Positions 7,805-16,013 of a stretch of 47,478 bases of DNA are shown piece after piece. The notes under the pieces are model-generated. The model had not been told where the DNA came from. It was given only the letters and a program-made list of their open reading frames with translations, and did no database searches. Position 1 is the first letter of the stretch, and each line of letters starts with the position of its first letter. Source of the DNA: Candidatus Aenigmatarchaeota archaeon. GTDB taxonomy: Archaea; Aenigmatarchaeota; Aenigmatarchaeia; QMZP01. The position numbers were made by a program, and so were the translations under genes. The stretch is from the NCBI GenBank assembly GCA_016782405.1, contig JADHYO010000001.1, positions 1 to 47,478 on the forward strand, written 5' to 3'.

Positions 7805-7852
7805 TAAGGTGACAAAGAAAAACACAGGCGGCAAAAATCCTAAATGGACATT
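7805..7852 (+). repeat. Intergenic repeat family, copy 2
   Basis: TAAGGTGACAAAGAAAAACACAGGCGGCAAAAATCC aligns with the reverse complement of 18570-18604 (CTAAGTTGACAGAACAAAAACACAGGCAGCGAAACCC) at roughly three quarters identity with one indel. Same orientation as copy 1. Confidence 0.6.
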
Positions 7853-7871
7853 GTCGCCTGCGTGCAGGACC

Positions 7872-10229
7872 TTACTCGCCCACGAACTCTCCGTTTTCAA
7901 CGCTCCAGTCGTTGCCGAAGAATCCAGCGAACTTGACATTGCCATTTTCTTTGTCCAGCATACTGATATCAGCTATCACCAGGTCCGGATACCCGATCCC
8001 TGCTGTGAATATTGGAAACATTCCAGCCATCCTCATTCCCTTGGCTGTTGTGCCGGAAACAACCCCCACAAGGGATGTATCGCATCCAGGTTTTGGCCTC
8101 ACTAACAAGACAGCCAAGTCACCCGTTAACTCTCGTTTGTTTCTAACCTTTACAGTGGAGCCCACCTGCACAGGGCTTCCTCCAAGAAGCCCTTCCCAGG
8201 CAGAGTTGGTTCTGGAATTCCCGTAGAGGATGATGTTGCCATACCCTGGCTTGTACTCCTCGTCTGGGATGAGGGGGAAGTTTCCATTCCCATGGTAGAA
8301 GAAGGTTTCCTGGTGGAATCTGGCAGCTTCGAAGTTTGCCTTGCTCTCCTCATCAGAACCCTGAGTCCCATACACAAGGACAGCCTCGTTGGTAAATGCC
8401 TCCTTGAATGGGCCTGTCCGGAGTGATGATTTCTCAGACTGGGGCGGTCTCCCGGGTGACCATTTTCCACCCTTTTTGCGGAACCATGCTTTGCCAGACA
8501 CCTCAAAGGATTGTTTGTCCAGTCGGACAGTCCCGATGGCATCTACCCAGAGGGCTTGGACATTAGTTGTCGTGACCCGTGCACTGTCCCCGTCCTTGGA
8601 GGCTGTTACCTTGCTCCTTTTATGGAACTTTTTCTGCTGTTCAATCCCAACCCAGTGACACTGGGAGGAAACCCCAGGGTTTGCTGTGGTGAAGCTGATC
8701 TTCTCACCGGTTCCAATTTGTTGCTTCCTGAGGAACTTGAACATCTGTGGCCAGTTAACACATGCCATGAAAGGAATGCCATCCCTTTTCCACCGGTGGG
8801 ATGCGCCTTTCTCTTCGTGGTATTTGAGGTTAGGGTGACCCTTCAGGAGTTTCACCGCCCTCCTTGACCAGTGCACACGGACTGTTCTGTCAAGTTGCCC
8901 GTGGAGAACGTAGACAGGTGTTTTTGAGAGGTTCCCCATCCACAGCTGTTTTATCCTGCTTTGAGAGCAAGACCTCCAGAGGATTTCTCCTGTGCGGGAG
9001 GATCGAAAATTCAGTTTCGGTTCTTCAAGGTCCCAAATGGAGAGGTACCCACCCGAGGGTCCGCCCGCAGCAAACATTCCAGGATACCATGCCATGAATG
9101 CCCAGGCCCCGTGGCCGCCCATACCAAGTCCGCAGATATAAATCTTTTTCGGGTCATGGGGGAGCTGCCTCTTGGCATCTTCCAGGGCCTCGAGGACATC
9201 CAGTCGTCCCCAGTCCTCATAACTGAAACCAATGGGCCTCCTATTCATGGGTGCCACAATGTGACACCATTTCTTTCTGGGAAGCATGTCGCAGATGTCC
9301 TTTGTACCCCGGCCAGAATCGTGACATGCAACCAGGATTCCTGCCCCCTCCGGGTTCTTGGCTGGGGTGATCCTGTAACTTTGGATACTCCCATCCACTG
9401 AGCTTCTGAAGGTCTTCCTTATCACAACCCTCTTTGCTTTGGGGTTCACCACCTCCAGGGGAACCTCAAGTGAATCCAGCACCTCCTCACTGTTTTTTAA
9501 TTCCAGGTGAAGTGTTGCCTTATTCGAGGCCGGGGCCTTGATCCGGAAGGATGCCCTGGAAATGGAATGCTCGTGGATTGGGTGGATGCTGGTCTCCACC
9601 TCCCTGTCACCAACACGGGCAAGAATCTTCAATCCAGTGAGCCTATCACCAGCATTAATGATATCAACCCCGCCCCAGCCACTATATTTGCGGCCAGATA
9701 TGAGGGATGGTAGGGTTGGTTCCCACTTGGATTTGTTCACGAAGCTGAGGGACACTTCCTTCTCCACGGGCTTCAACGTTGCTTTGAACCCATTCCCTTT
9801 TCGCACAAGGAAAAGGAGGTGGTTCGTTCCCTCCTTGAGCTTTACAGGGATTGGTACTCTCCCCTCATCAGAGACACCGTAATGCGGGTTTCCCATCCTG
9901 GGCGTCCCGTTCACAAACACATGGGAGTGGCCGCCGGCCTCCAGTATCATCACCTTTTCCTGGTCAGAGTCAACTTCGAAGTGGAGGTAGCAGTCTACTC
10001 TGAACTTTTCCCCCTTCCTGATTTCTATAGGCCCCCATTCTGCACTGCCTATATCAAGCAATTTCTCATCCTTAAACAGTTTACCCTGAAGGAGACTGTG
10101 TTCCACAAGGTCCATCCGAATCTGGTTGAGGTCCTTGTAAACTCCTGCAATCGCTTCCCCTTCTACTAGGGGAATGTCTTGGCTGCTGGAAACGCCACAT
10201 AGCAGCGCCAATAAAACAATGATTCCCAT
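7872..10229 (-). CDS. Secreted multidomain protein with an alpha/beta-hydrolase (esterase/peptidase S9-like) domain; nucleophile Ser appears replaced by Gly
   Basis: Signal-like N-terminus MGIIVLLALLCGVSSSQ. Hydrolase-like region KKIYICGLGMGGHGAWAFMAWYPGMFAAGG ... PVYVLHGQLDRTV ... GASHRW. Confidence 0.65.
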   Translation of the reverse strand: MGIIVLLALLCGVSSSQDIPLVEGEAIAGVYKDLNQIRMDLVEHSLLQGKLFKDEKLLDIGSAEWGPIEIRKGEKFRVDCYLHFEVDSDQEKVMILEAGGHSHVFVNGTPRMGNPHYGVSDEGRVPIPVKLKEGTNHLLFLVRKGNGFKATLKPVEKEVSLSFVNKSKWEPTLPSLISGRKYSGWGGVDIINAGDRLTGLKILARVGDREVETSIHPIHEHSISRASFRIKAPASNKATLHLELKNSEEVLDSLEVPLEVVNPKAKRVVIRKTFRSSVDGSIQSYRITPAKNPEGAGILVACHDSGRGTKDICDMLPRKKWCHIVAPMNRRPIGFSYEDWGRLDVLEALEDAKRQLPHDPKKIYICGLGMGGHGAWAFMAWYPGMFAAGGPSGGYLSIWDLEEPKLNFRSSRTGEILWRSCSQSRIKQLWMGNLSKTPVYVLHGQLDRTVRVHWSRRAVKLLKGHPNLKYHEEKGASHRWKRDGIPFMACVNWPQMFKFLRKQQIGTGEKISFTTANPGVSSQCHWVGIEQQKKFHKRSKVTASKDGDSARVTTTNVQALWVDAIGTVRLDKQSFEVSGKAWFRKKGGKWSPGRPPQSEKSSLRTGPFKEAFTNEAVLVYGTQGSDEESKANFEAARFHQETFFYHGNGNFPLIPDEEYKPGYGNIILYGNSRTNSAWEGLLGGSPVQVGSTVKVRNKRELTGDLAVLLVRPKPGCDTSLVGVVSGTTAKGMRMAGMFPIFTAGIGYPDLVIADISMLDKENGNVKFAGFFGNDWSVENGEFVGE

Positions 10230-10518
10230 TGGGGATTCCTTTCACTGTGAATCATTATCCAAGAAAGTAATAACTAATCAAAACTCCTACCCCAGTCTTC
10301 AGCCAATTACCAAAGTCTAGGTTTTACGCACGAAATTTATTGAGGGATATGAGCATGATATCGGTTATTTGGTGAAAAACTTTAAAGGTTTGGCATTATC
10401 CTCAGTGTTCCATGGGAAAAATGGCTGTTAGCAGTGCAATTGCTGCTGAAAATGCAGAATCGCTGGAAGTTTTATATTTCCAAACACTAAGAATTTTAGA
10501 TAGGATTTTTGTGATTAT

Positions 10519-11148
10519 ATGGCGTTCAAGGGTCTAAAGAAATTACTGGACAGGATTTCATCGCTTTTCAAGAAGAAGGGCGAGTTGAAGATTGGGCTTT
10601 ACGGGCCAGTGAACTCTGGAAAGACCACCCTAGCGAACAAGATATGCAAGGACTGGCTTGGGGAGGACATGGGAAAAGCTTCCATAGTTCCACATGAAAC
10701 AAGGGAAATTCAAACAAAGGAGAATGTTAAGATAGAACGTGACGGCAAATCCCTAACGTTCAACCTGGTGGACACCCCTGGGATTGCAACAAGGATTGAT
10801 TTTGAGGATTTTGTAAAGTTCGGGATGGGGAAGAAGAAAGCCAAATCCCGAGCTAAAGAGGCCACCAAAGGCGTTATTGAATCAATCAAGTGGTTGGACA
10901 ACATGGACATGGTGTTGGTAGTGGTTGACTCAACAAGAGACCCGCTCACCCAGGTGAACCTTACAATCCTTGGAAACCTTGATGCTAGAGGGGTTCCTTT
11001 TCTGATTGTGGCAAACAAGGCAGATCTCAAGCAGTCCCAGCTGAAGCGTGTGGAAGAAGCATTCCAGAATTATAGGACAGTTGGGATTTCAGCGAGGACA
11101 GGTCACCGGCTTGAGAATCTATATGACGCAGTACTGGAGACAGTATGA
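10519..11148 (+). CDS. Small GTP-binding protein (Era/EngB-like TRAFAC GTPase)
   Basis: G1 GPVNSGKTT, G3 DTPG, G4 NKAD. Confidence 0.8.
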   Translation: MAFKGLKKLLDRISSLFKKKGELKIGLYGPVNSGKTTLANKICKDWLGEDMGKASIVPHETREIQTKENVKIERDGKSLTFNLVDTPGIATRIDFEDFVKFGMGKKKAKSRAKEATKGVIESIKWLDNMDMVLVVVDSTRDPLTQVNLTILGNLDARGVPFLIVANKADLKQSQLKRVEEAFQNYRTVGISARTGHRLENLYDAVLETV

Positions 11149-11483
11149 TAAAGATAAAGTTCATCCCATATGAAATTGTCAGGGACGATTTCAAGAAGGT
11201 AATGCGCGCCCTCCAGAGGGAGGCCTTGGTTCTAATTGACGCGAAGCTGAATCCTGAGGAAGAAGCAGATTTGATTAAAAATACAATGGAGAAGTTCTCT
11301 GAGCAGTTCACTGGGATAGAACTTTCAAGCATTGAGGCACCAGAGCTTGGCAATGTTGATAAGTTCAAGAACCTGCTTGTGGAGCGGTTAACCGGGAAGA
11401 AGAGGGGCTTCACAATTATCGGCCCTGCAGGGATTGTTAGAAAAATCAAGAAGAATCCCCAGGAGCTTCTTGTTTACATGTGA
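11145..11483 (+). CDS. Small conserved archaeal protein co-transcribed with the GTPase (DUF2073-like by recollection)
   Basis: 112 aa. ATGA start/stop overlap with the GTPase gene. Confidence 0.55.
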   Translation: MIKIKFIPYEIVRDDFKKVMRALQREALVLIDAKLNPEEEADLIKNTMEKFSEQFTGIELSSIEAPELGNVDKFKNLLVERLTGKKRGFTIIGPAGIVRKIKKNPQELLVYM

Positions 11484-11521
11484 ACACATATAAATATAAA
11501 CCAGGACAGCAAAAACTTCTC

Positions 11522-11986
11522 ATGGAGATCCGAAAAGCCACAGCAGGGGATTTAGAGCAGCTGGCTCTTCTGAACCAAAATCTTGTTTTAGAGCACGTTG
11601 AAATTGACAATTATTATTCAACAGTTGACAATGCTGACTCCCTGTGGAGGGAGGACATAGAAAAACACCTGAATGATCCGGAGAGCGGTTTGTTTGTGGC
11701 TGAAGAAAACAAAAAGATAATCGGATATATCATGGGCTCCATAAGAGAAAGATACAAAATCTTCTCTGCAAGGCGCTACGCAGAGATATGGTCATCCTTT
11801 GTGGACAAGGAATTCAGGCATCAGGGAGCAATGAAAGAGCTCTTCTCCTGCTTCAGGGAGTGGGCGAAGGAAAATGGTGTGGAGCTAATAGAGCTACACA
11901 CTGACCTTAGGAACAAGGAAGTTTTTGAGGCATGGAAATCCCTGGGCTTTGAGCACATCCGGGCTCAGATGAGAATGAGCGTGTGA
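11522..11986 (+). CDS. GNAT-family N-acetyltransferase
   Basis: MEIRKATAGDLEQL start is typical of GNATs. Acetyl-CoA-binding motif-A-like segment VDKEFRHQGAMKEL. The listed ORF begins at a GTG at 11480; the ATG at 11522 is preferred. Confidence 0.7.
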   Translation: MEIRKATAGDLEQLALLNQNLVLEHVEIDNYYSTVDNADSLWREDIEKHLNDPESGLFVAEENKKIIGYIMGSIRERYKIFSARRYAEIWSSFVDKEFRHQGAMKELFSCFREWAKENGVELIELHTDLRNKEVFEAWKSLGFEHIRAQMRMSV

Positions 11987-12029
11987 TTTCTCAGCTCAAT
12001 AATAAAAACCTACAGTAACAGAATAAAGT

Positions 12030-12416
12030 ATGCCCAATAAATGCACCCAGTGCGGGACTATCCATCCTGATACAGCAGACTATCTGCTGAAAGGCTGCAA
12101 TGAATGTGGTTCTCGTTTTTTCTTTTACGTGAAGGAAGAGGCGCTCCAGCAGCTTGAGAGGGAAGTTGAGAAGCTAACCACAACAGAAATCAAGGAAATA
12201 GAAGAGGATGTCCGCGAAATCACTGGGGAGGAAGAAGAAACTGTTATCCTGGACTTGGAGGCTATACGAGTCCTCAGGCCAGGGAAGTATGCAATTGATG
12301 TTACAAACCTTTTCAAGCAAAGACCGCTTGTAATCCGAACAGCTGAGGGCAAATACAAGCTCGACCTTTCAACAATTTCTTTCAGAAAAAAAGGCAAAAA
12401 GAAGAAGGAAGAATAA
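12030..12416 (+). CDS. Zn-ribbon protein (archaeal DUF2072-like) with an acidic central region and a lysine-rich tail
   Basis: CTQCG..(14 aa)..CNECG zinc ribbon at the N-terminus. Confidence 0.65.
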   Translation: MPNKCTQCGTIHPDTADYLLKGCNECGSRFFFYVKEEALQQLEREVEKLTTTEIKEIEEDVREITGEEEETVILDLEAIRVLRPGKYAIDVTNLFKQRPLVIRTAEGKYKLDLSTISFRKKGKKKKEE

Positions 12417-12417
12417 A

Positions 12418-12569
12418 TGCGCCGGGTGAGGTTTCCGTCACCTTTTGGGTGCAGCCTTTTCCTAAAAGGGTGCATCGAACTCACATCGCAGGCTTGGAAG
12501 GCTTAAACCACTCATAGATTGCTCTCGTATTTTCCAAGTGTCTGTGTCCTACCATTAGACTACCGGCGC
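12418..12569 (-). tRNA. tRNA-Gly(UCC) with two putative introns (anticodon-stem/loop junction and T-loop)
   Basis: Minus-strand reading: GCGCCGG TA GTCT AATGGTA GGAC A CAGAC [39 nt] CTTCCAA GCCTG CGAT GTGAG TTCGA [42 nt] AC CTCAC CCGGCGC A. Mature length 71 nt. There is one A.C mismatch in the anticodon stem. Intron boundaries are approximate (about 12501-12539 and 12433-12474). Confidence 0.65.
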
Positions 12570-12610
12570 TTGTTCTAGAATTAGATAAAAATGTTTATTA
12601 AAGGCGTAGA

Positions 12611-13219
12611 TTAGAACTTGAAGTTGAATTCCTCGAACTCGTCAACGTCATCTTCCTCGTTTTCTGGGGGCTTTTTGGCCGAAGGATTCTTCTCCTTTCT
12701 CGCGGGTTTTGGCTGCTCCTCTGGTCTTTCCTCTGCAGGCTCTGGTATCCTCTCTTCCAACTCCTCTCCGATGGTTTCTTGTTCTGTGTTTGTGGAAGCG
12801 CCCTTGATTACAGCCACAACCTTGTCCAGGCTTTTTTCATCCATTTTCCTGACTGGGAGCATTGCTTCCAAAGCAGCGGGGCCCTCATTCAAGAACCTTG
12901 GAATAAGATGGAAATGTACATGCCCAACCACCTGGCCAGCTGCAGAGCCATTGTTCTGGCAGATTGAAAGGCCATGCGCCTTGGTTCCGTTCTTTACTTT
13001 GACAGCTATTTTTTTGAGGGAGGCAAAGAGCTTGGAGCCTTCAGCATCGGGCAGGTCAAAAATAGTTTCAGCATGTTTCTTTGGAATTAGAAGAGTGTGG
13101 CCTGGATTGCGTGGGTTGATGTCTAAGAAAGCAAGTGAGACCTGATCCTCATAAACCTTCTTTGCAGGAATTTCCCCTGCTATAATCCTGCAAAACAGGC
13201 ATTGCTTTTGGTCTACCAT
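12611..13219 (-). CDS. HIT-family (histidine triad) nucleotide hydrolase/transferase with an acidic/lysine-rich C-terminal extension
   Basis: HVHFHLIPR histidine triad. Typical N-terminus MVDQKQCLFCRII, so the start is taken at the ATG at 13219. Confidence 0.8.
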   Translation of the reverse strand: MVDQKQCLFCRIIAGEIPAKKVYEDQVSLAFLDINPRNPGHTLLIPKKHAETIFDLPDAEGSKLFASLKKIAVKVKNGTKAHGLSICQNNGSAAGQVVGHVHFHLIPRFLNEGPAALEAMLPVRKMDEKSLDKVVAVIKGASTNTEQETIGEELEERIPEPAEERPEEQPKPARKEKNPSAKKPPENEEDDVDEFEEFNFKF

Positions 13220-13460
13220 GAAAAGTTTTTTGCTTTCTATACTTAAATATGGGGCTGCCCGGAAACACAAGAGAGACTACTTGCCTTGATTTGTCAATGC
13301 AGTCAACCCTTTTTGAACCGGGGTCTACGGCTATTTCTCAGAGAGACGCTCCAAGGAGTGTCAGACTGTCCCAAAGCCGCGATGCTAACCAAGCTACACC
13401 ACAGCCCCGTCACACGTATATATCTTTTTTTGTTCTTAAAAATACCTGCTAAGGTGTATT

Positions 13461-14942
13461 ATGAGCTATAGACCCATTATAATCGCAAATCGATGCCCTC
13501 CCTACCGAGAAGGGGAGCAGGCAGCTGGCGGCTTAACAGCTGCATTCAGAAACTATATAGAATCCGGGGACCTGACCTGGATAGGCTTGGCAATGGGTGA
13601 TAATGGCGATGGTCTAGTGGATGGGGTGGATAGTATTGAGGTTAGGCCTGGCTACAAGATCCGTTTTGTCTATCGTGACCAAAGAGGAATGGAACAATAT
13701 TACAGTGGGCTATCAAATGGCTTCATCTGGCCTATAACACATATGGATGAACAGAACCTAATCAATCTTCCCTATTACCCTAAACCTGTCTTTAATTGCC
13801 GTGATTTCATGGAGTATGAATGGACAAGTCGTTCATGTTTTTCTGTTGCTGCGATAGATGAGGTGAAATCACTGAAGGAGGTGGGCATCAATAACATATC
13901 TATTTTTATACAGGATTATCATCATTACAGACTTCCAGAACATATCAAGACAGAATTGGGGAATCTCGGTATCAAGGGCGTGAAAATAGCTCATTTCATT
14001 CATACACCGTTTCCCAGATGCAACATTGTCAAGGAAATATTCAAGACAGATAGGGCTACTGAAAAGGATGAACTCCATCATTACGGTCTCCTTATCTCCG
14101 GGATACTACATGCAGACCTTATAGGGTTTCATATTCCCAGATATGTTCAAAATTTCCTTGGGACAGTTAGGGAGTTTTTCCCTGAAGCGGAAATAAATGA
14201 TCTGGGGGATGGTAAGTATTCTATTCAGAGAGGAGATAATATGGTAGTTGTTGGGGATTATCCGATAGGGCTGGATGTTGACGGGGTTTTGGAGGCTGCT
14301 GCCAATGCAGAAACAGATAGAGGAGCTAGTGCTATTATGAAGATGGAAAGGGATGCAGGAAAGAAGATCATTGTTGGGGCAGAACGCCGTGACTACACTA
14401 AAGGTCATCTCAGGAGGTTTGAAACAATTCATCATGTTAGAAATGACGTTGCATATGTTGCGTTTGCACCTCCCTGCCGAGAAGGTACCAAGGCTTACCA
14501 GGACTATAATAGAGCATTCCTCAAAAAAATTAGGAAGCTGGATCCAGAAAGAAAATTCCTACATGTCTCAGATGAAACACTTTCTCCCTCCCGCACAATC
14601 GCATTATTTAGGGATAGCGACGGGGTTCTAATTAACACACATTCAGATGGAATGAACCTTAATATTTTCGAGGCACCTCTTGCCCAAGAGTCGCTTCTTC
14701 CGAATGATCGCTCTACTGTCTATGTTGGAAATTGTGGAGCTCGGTACCTACTGGAGCAGGCTGGTTTTGGGGTTGAGGACGGGGTGGTATTTGTAAATCC
14801 TTCTGATCCAGAGGAAACTGCCAGGAGAATAAGACAGACCCTTGGTAAGAAACGTATCTCAGACCGCGTAATCAATTGGGTGAAAAGAACCAGGTCTGCA
14901 TCTCTATGGACTGATAAAATCTTAGGCGACCTAATGGACTGA
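13461..14942 (+). CDS. otsA: GT20-family glycosyltransferase (trehalose-6-phosphate synthase OtsA-like)
   Basis: Collinear with OtsA by recollection: IIANRCP..AAGGL, FIWPITH, IFIQDYHHYRLPE, FIHTPFP, LIGFH, GAERRDYTKG, HSDGMNLNIFE, VNPSDPEE. Confidence 0.7.
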   Translation: MSYRPIIIANRCPPYREGEQAAGGLTAAFRNYIESGDLTWIGLAMGDNGDGLVDGVDSIEVRPGYKIRFVYRDQRGMEQYYSGLSNGFIWPITHMDEQNLINLPYYPKPVFNCRDFMEYEWTSRSCFSVAAIDEVKSLKEVGINNISIFIQDYHHYRLPEHIKTELGNLGIKGVKIAHFIHTPFPRCNIVKEIFKTDRATEKDELHHYGLLISGILHADLIGFHIPRYVQNFLGTVREFFPEAEINDLGDGKYSIQRGDNMVVVGDYPIGLDVDGVLEAAANAETDRGASAIMKMERDAGKKIIVGAERRDYTKGHLRRFETIHHVRNDVAYVAFAPPCREGTKAYQDYNRAFLKKIRKLDPERKFLHVSDETLSPSRTIALFRDSDGVLINTHSDGMNLNIFEAPLAQESLLPNDRSTVYVGNCGARYLLEQAGFGVEDGVVFVNPSDPEETARRIRQTLGKKRISDRVINWVKRTRSASLWTDKILGDLMD

Positions 14943-14952
14943 ACCCGTAGGC

Positions 14953-15297
14953 ATGCCATTTTATATTGTCTGGCAGTATATAATCTATATGGTCTGCTGG
15001 GCTGTCCCTTTAATAGCTACTGTGGTTGGGTTTGTTGCAAGGAAGGCTTCTCGCAGGGGAGGTGTCCATGGGTTTTGGCTGAATATAATGCTTCTTGGTG
15101 GCGCTCTTTTCGGGGCAATAGATCATTTATGGTATGGTGAGCTGTTCATTATCACCGCTAACTGGGGAATGGATTTAGCTTTGGGCGGTGCAATTACTGC
15201 AGGCATAACTGCAGGCTGGGGCGCTATAGTTTTCAAACCCCAAATATCTGGCTCACTGAAGCAGTTGAGCTACTGCCTTGGTATTTTTAGGAAATAA
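14953..15297 (+). CDS. Small integral membrane protein, unknown function
   Basis: 114 aa with three or four hydrophobic segments. Confidence 0.55.
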   Translation: MPFYIVWQYIIYMVCWAVPLIATVVGFVARKASRRGGVHGFWLNIMLLGGALFGAIDHLWYGELFIITANWGMDLALGGAITAGITAGWGAIVFKPQISGSLKQLSYCLGIFRK

Positions 15298-15304
15298 GCT
15301 GTTT
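15269..15304 (+). repeat. Direct repeat, left copy (covers the 3' end and stop of 14953..15297)
   Basis: GCTACTGCCTTGGTATTTTTAGGAAATAAGCTGTTT matches 16014-16049 at 33/36. Confidence 0.85.
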
Positions 15305-15344
15305 GTTCAGAGAACTTTTTATTGATCTGTGATAAGTAATTGTT

Positions 15345-15698
15345 ATGGAAGAGGTTGCCAAATGGGTTGAAAAGGCAGAGCATGACCTAAATGCTGCTGA
15401 AGTTAACCTAAAAGAAGGTATATATGATGTATCTGCATTCTTTTCACAACAGGCTGCAGAAAAGTCGTTGAAGGCATTATATATATCGAAATATAAAGAA
15501 TTGTGGAAGATTCATGACCTATACGAATTGGCAATTAAGGTTGAAGCTCCAAAAACCATTTCTGACATTTGTGAGAAGTTGACACAGCATTATATAGCCA
15601 CAATGTATCCGAACGATGAAGAATATTCCAAGGAAGATGCAGAGGAGGCGGTTGAACAGGCAAAGAAGGTGATGAAATGGGTAAAAGAGAAATTATAG
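15345..15698 (+). CDS. HEPN-domain protein (partner of the adjacent minimal nucleotidyltransferase)
   Basis: WVEKAEHDLNAAE..FFSQQAAEKSLKAL..HYIATMYP pattern of classical HEPN (COG2250-like) proteins. Overlaps the next gene by 22 nt. Confidence 0.7.
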   Translation: MEEVAKWVEKAEHDLNAAEVNLKEGIYDVSAFFSQQAAEKSLKALYISKYKELWKIHDLYELAIKVEAPKTISDICEKLTQHYIATMYPNDEEYSKEDAEEAVEQAKKVMKWVKEKL

Positions 15699-15994
15699 AA
15701 AATGTGAAGGAGTTCAAAAAGTCTGCTGAGAAGAAGTTTGCATTAGAAAGGGTTTTCATATTTGGTTCTGCAGCCAGGGGAAAAATGAAGAAAGATAGTG
15801 ATGTTGACCTGCTTCTTGTCAGTAATAAGTTTAAAGGTAAAAAATTCTTTAAGAGGGCCATAGGTCTTAGGGCTCACTGGAAGCTTGATTGTCCTGTTGA
15901 TTTTTTGTGCTACACTCCAAAGGAGTTTGATAAATTAAGGAAAATGGTCACCATAGTAAGGGAAGCTGTCAAGGAAGGAATTGAAATAAATTAG
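15677..15994 (+). CDS. Minimal nucleotidyltransferase (MNT)
   Basis: FGSAARGKMKKDSDVDLLLV (GS..x9-11..DxD pol-beta NTase motif). Confidence 0.8.
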   Translation: MGKREIIENVKEFKKSAEKKFALERVFIFGSAARGKMKKDSDVDLLLVSNKFKGKKFFKRAIGLRAHWKLDCPVDFLCYTPKEFDKLRKMVTIVREAVKEGIEIN

Positions 15995-16013
15995 ACCGAA
16001 CATCAACCTATTG

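Larger units (their letters stand above)
6892..7871. other. Second ORF-free region (about 1 kb) with multiple strong hairpins; promoter of the 6891 operon at its left end
   Basis: No minus-strand ORF of 60 aa or more and only one implausible plus-strand ORF (7114..7443). Hairpins at 7057-7091, 7521-7551, 7677-7696 and others. ATGACTTTC(G/C)TGG is repeated twice next to the palindrome CGAAAGTC..GACTTTCG at 6905-6955. Confidence 0.5.

Noticed and set aside
13251-13417. GGGGCTG ... CAGCCCC pairing as a possible intron-containing tRNA or SRP RNA upstream of the HIT gene
   Set aside because: No D-arm or T-arm (GTTCGAAT-like) sequences could be placed, and no SRP helix-8 motif. The region is more simply the divergent promoter region between 13219 and 13461.
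15345-15698. HEPN protein as catalytically dead because the conserved TRYP-like motif reads ATMYP
   Set aside because: I cannot align confidently without a profile, and this HEPN subfamily is not clearly an Rx4-6H RNase, so the substitution is noted but not interpreted.
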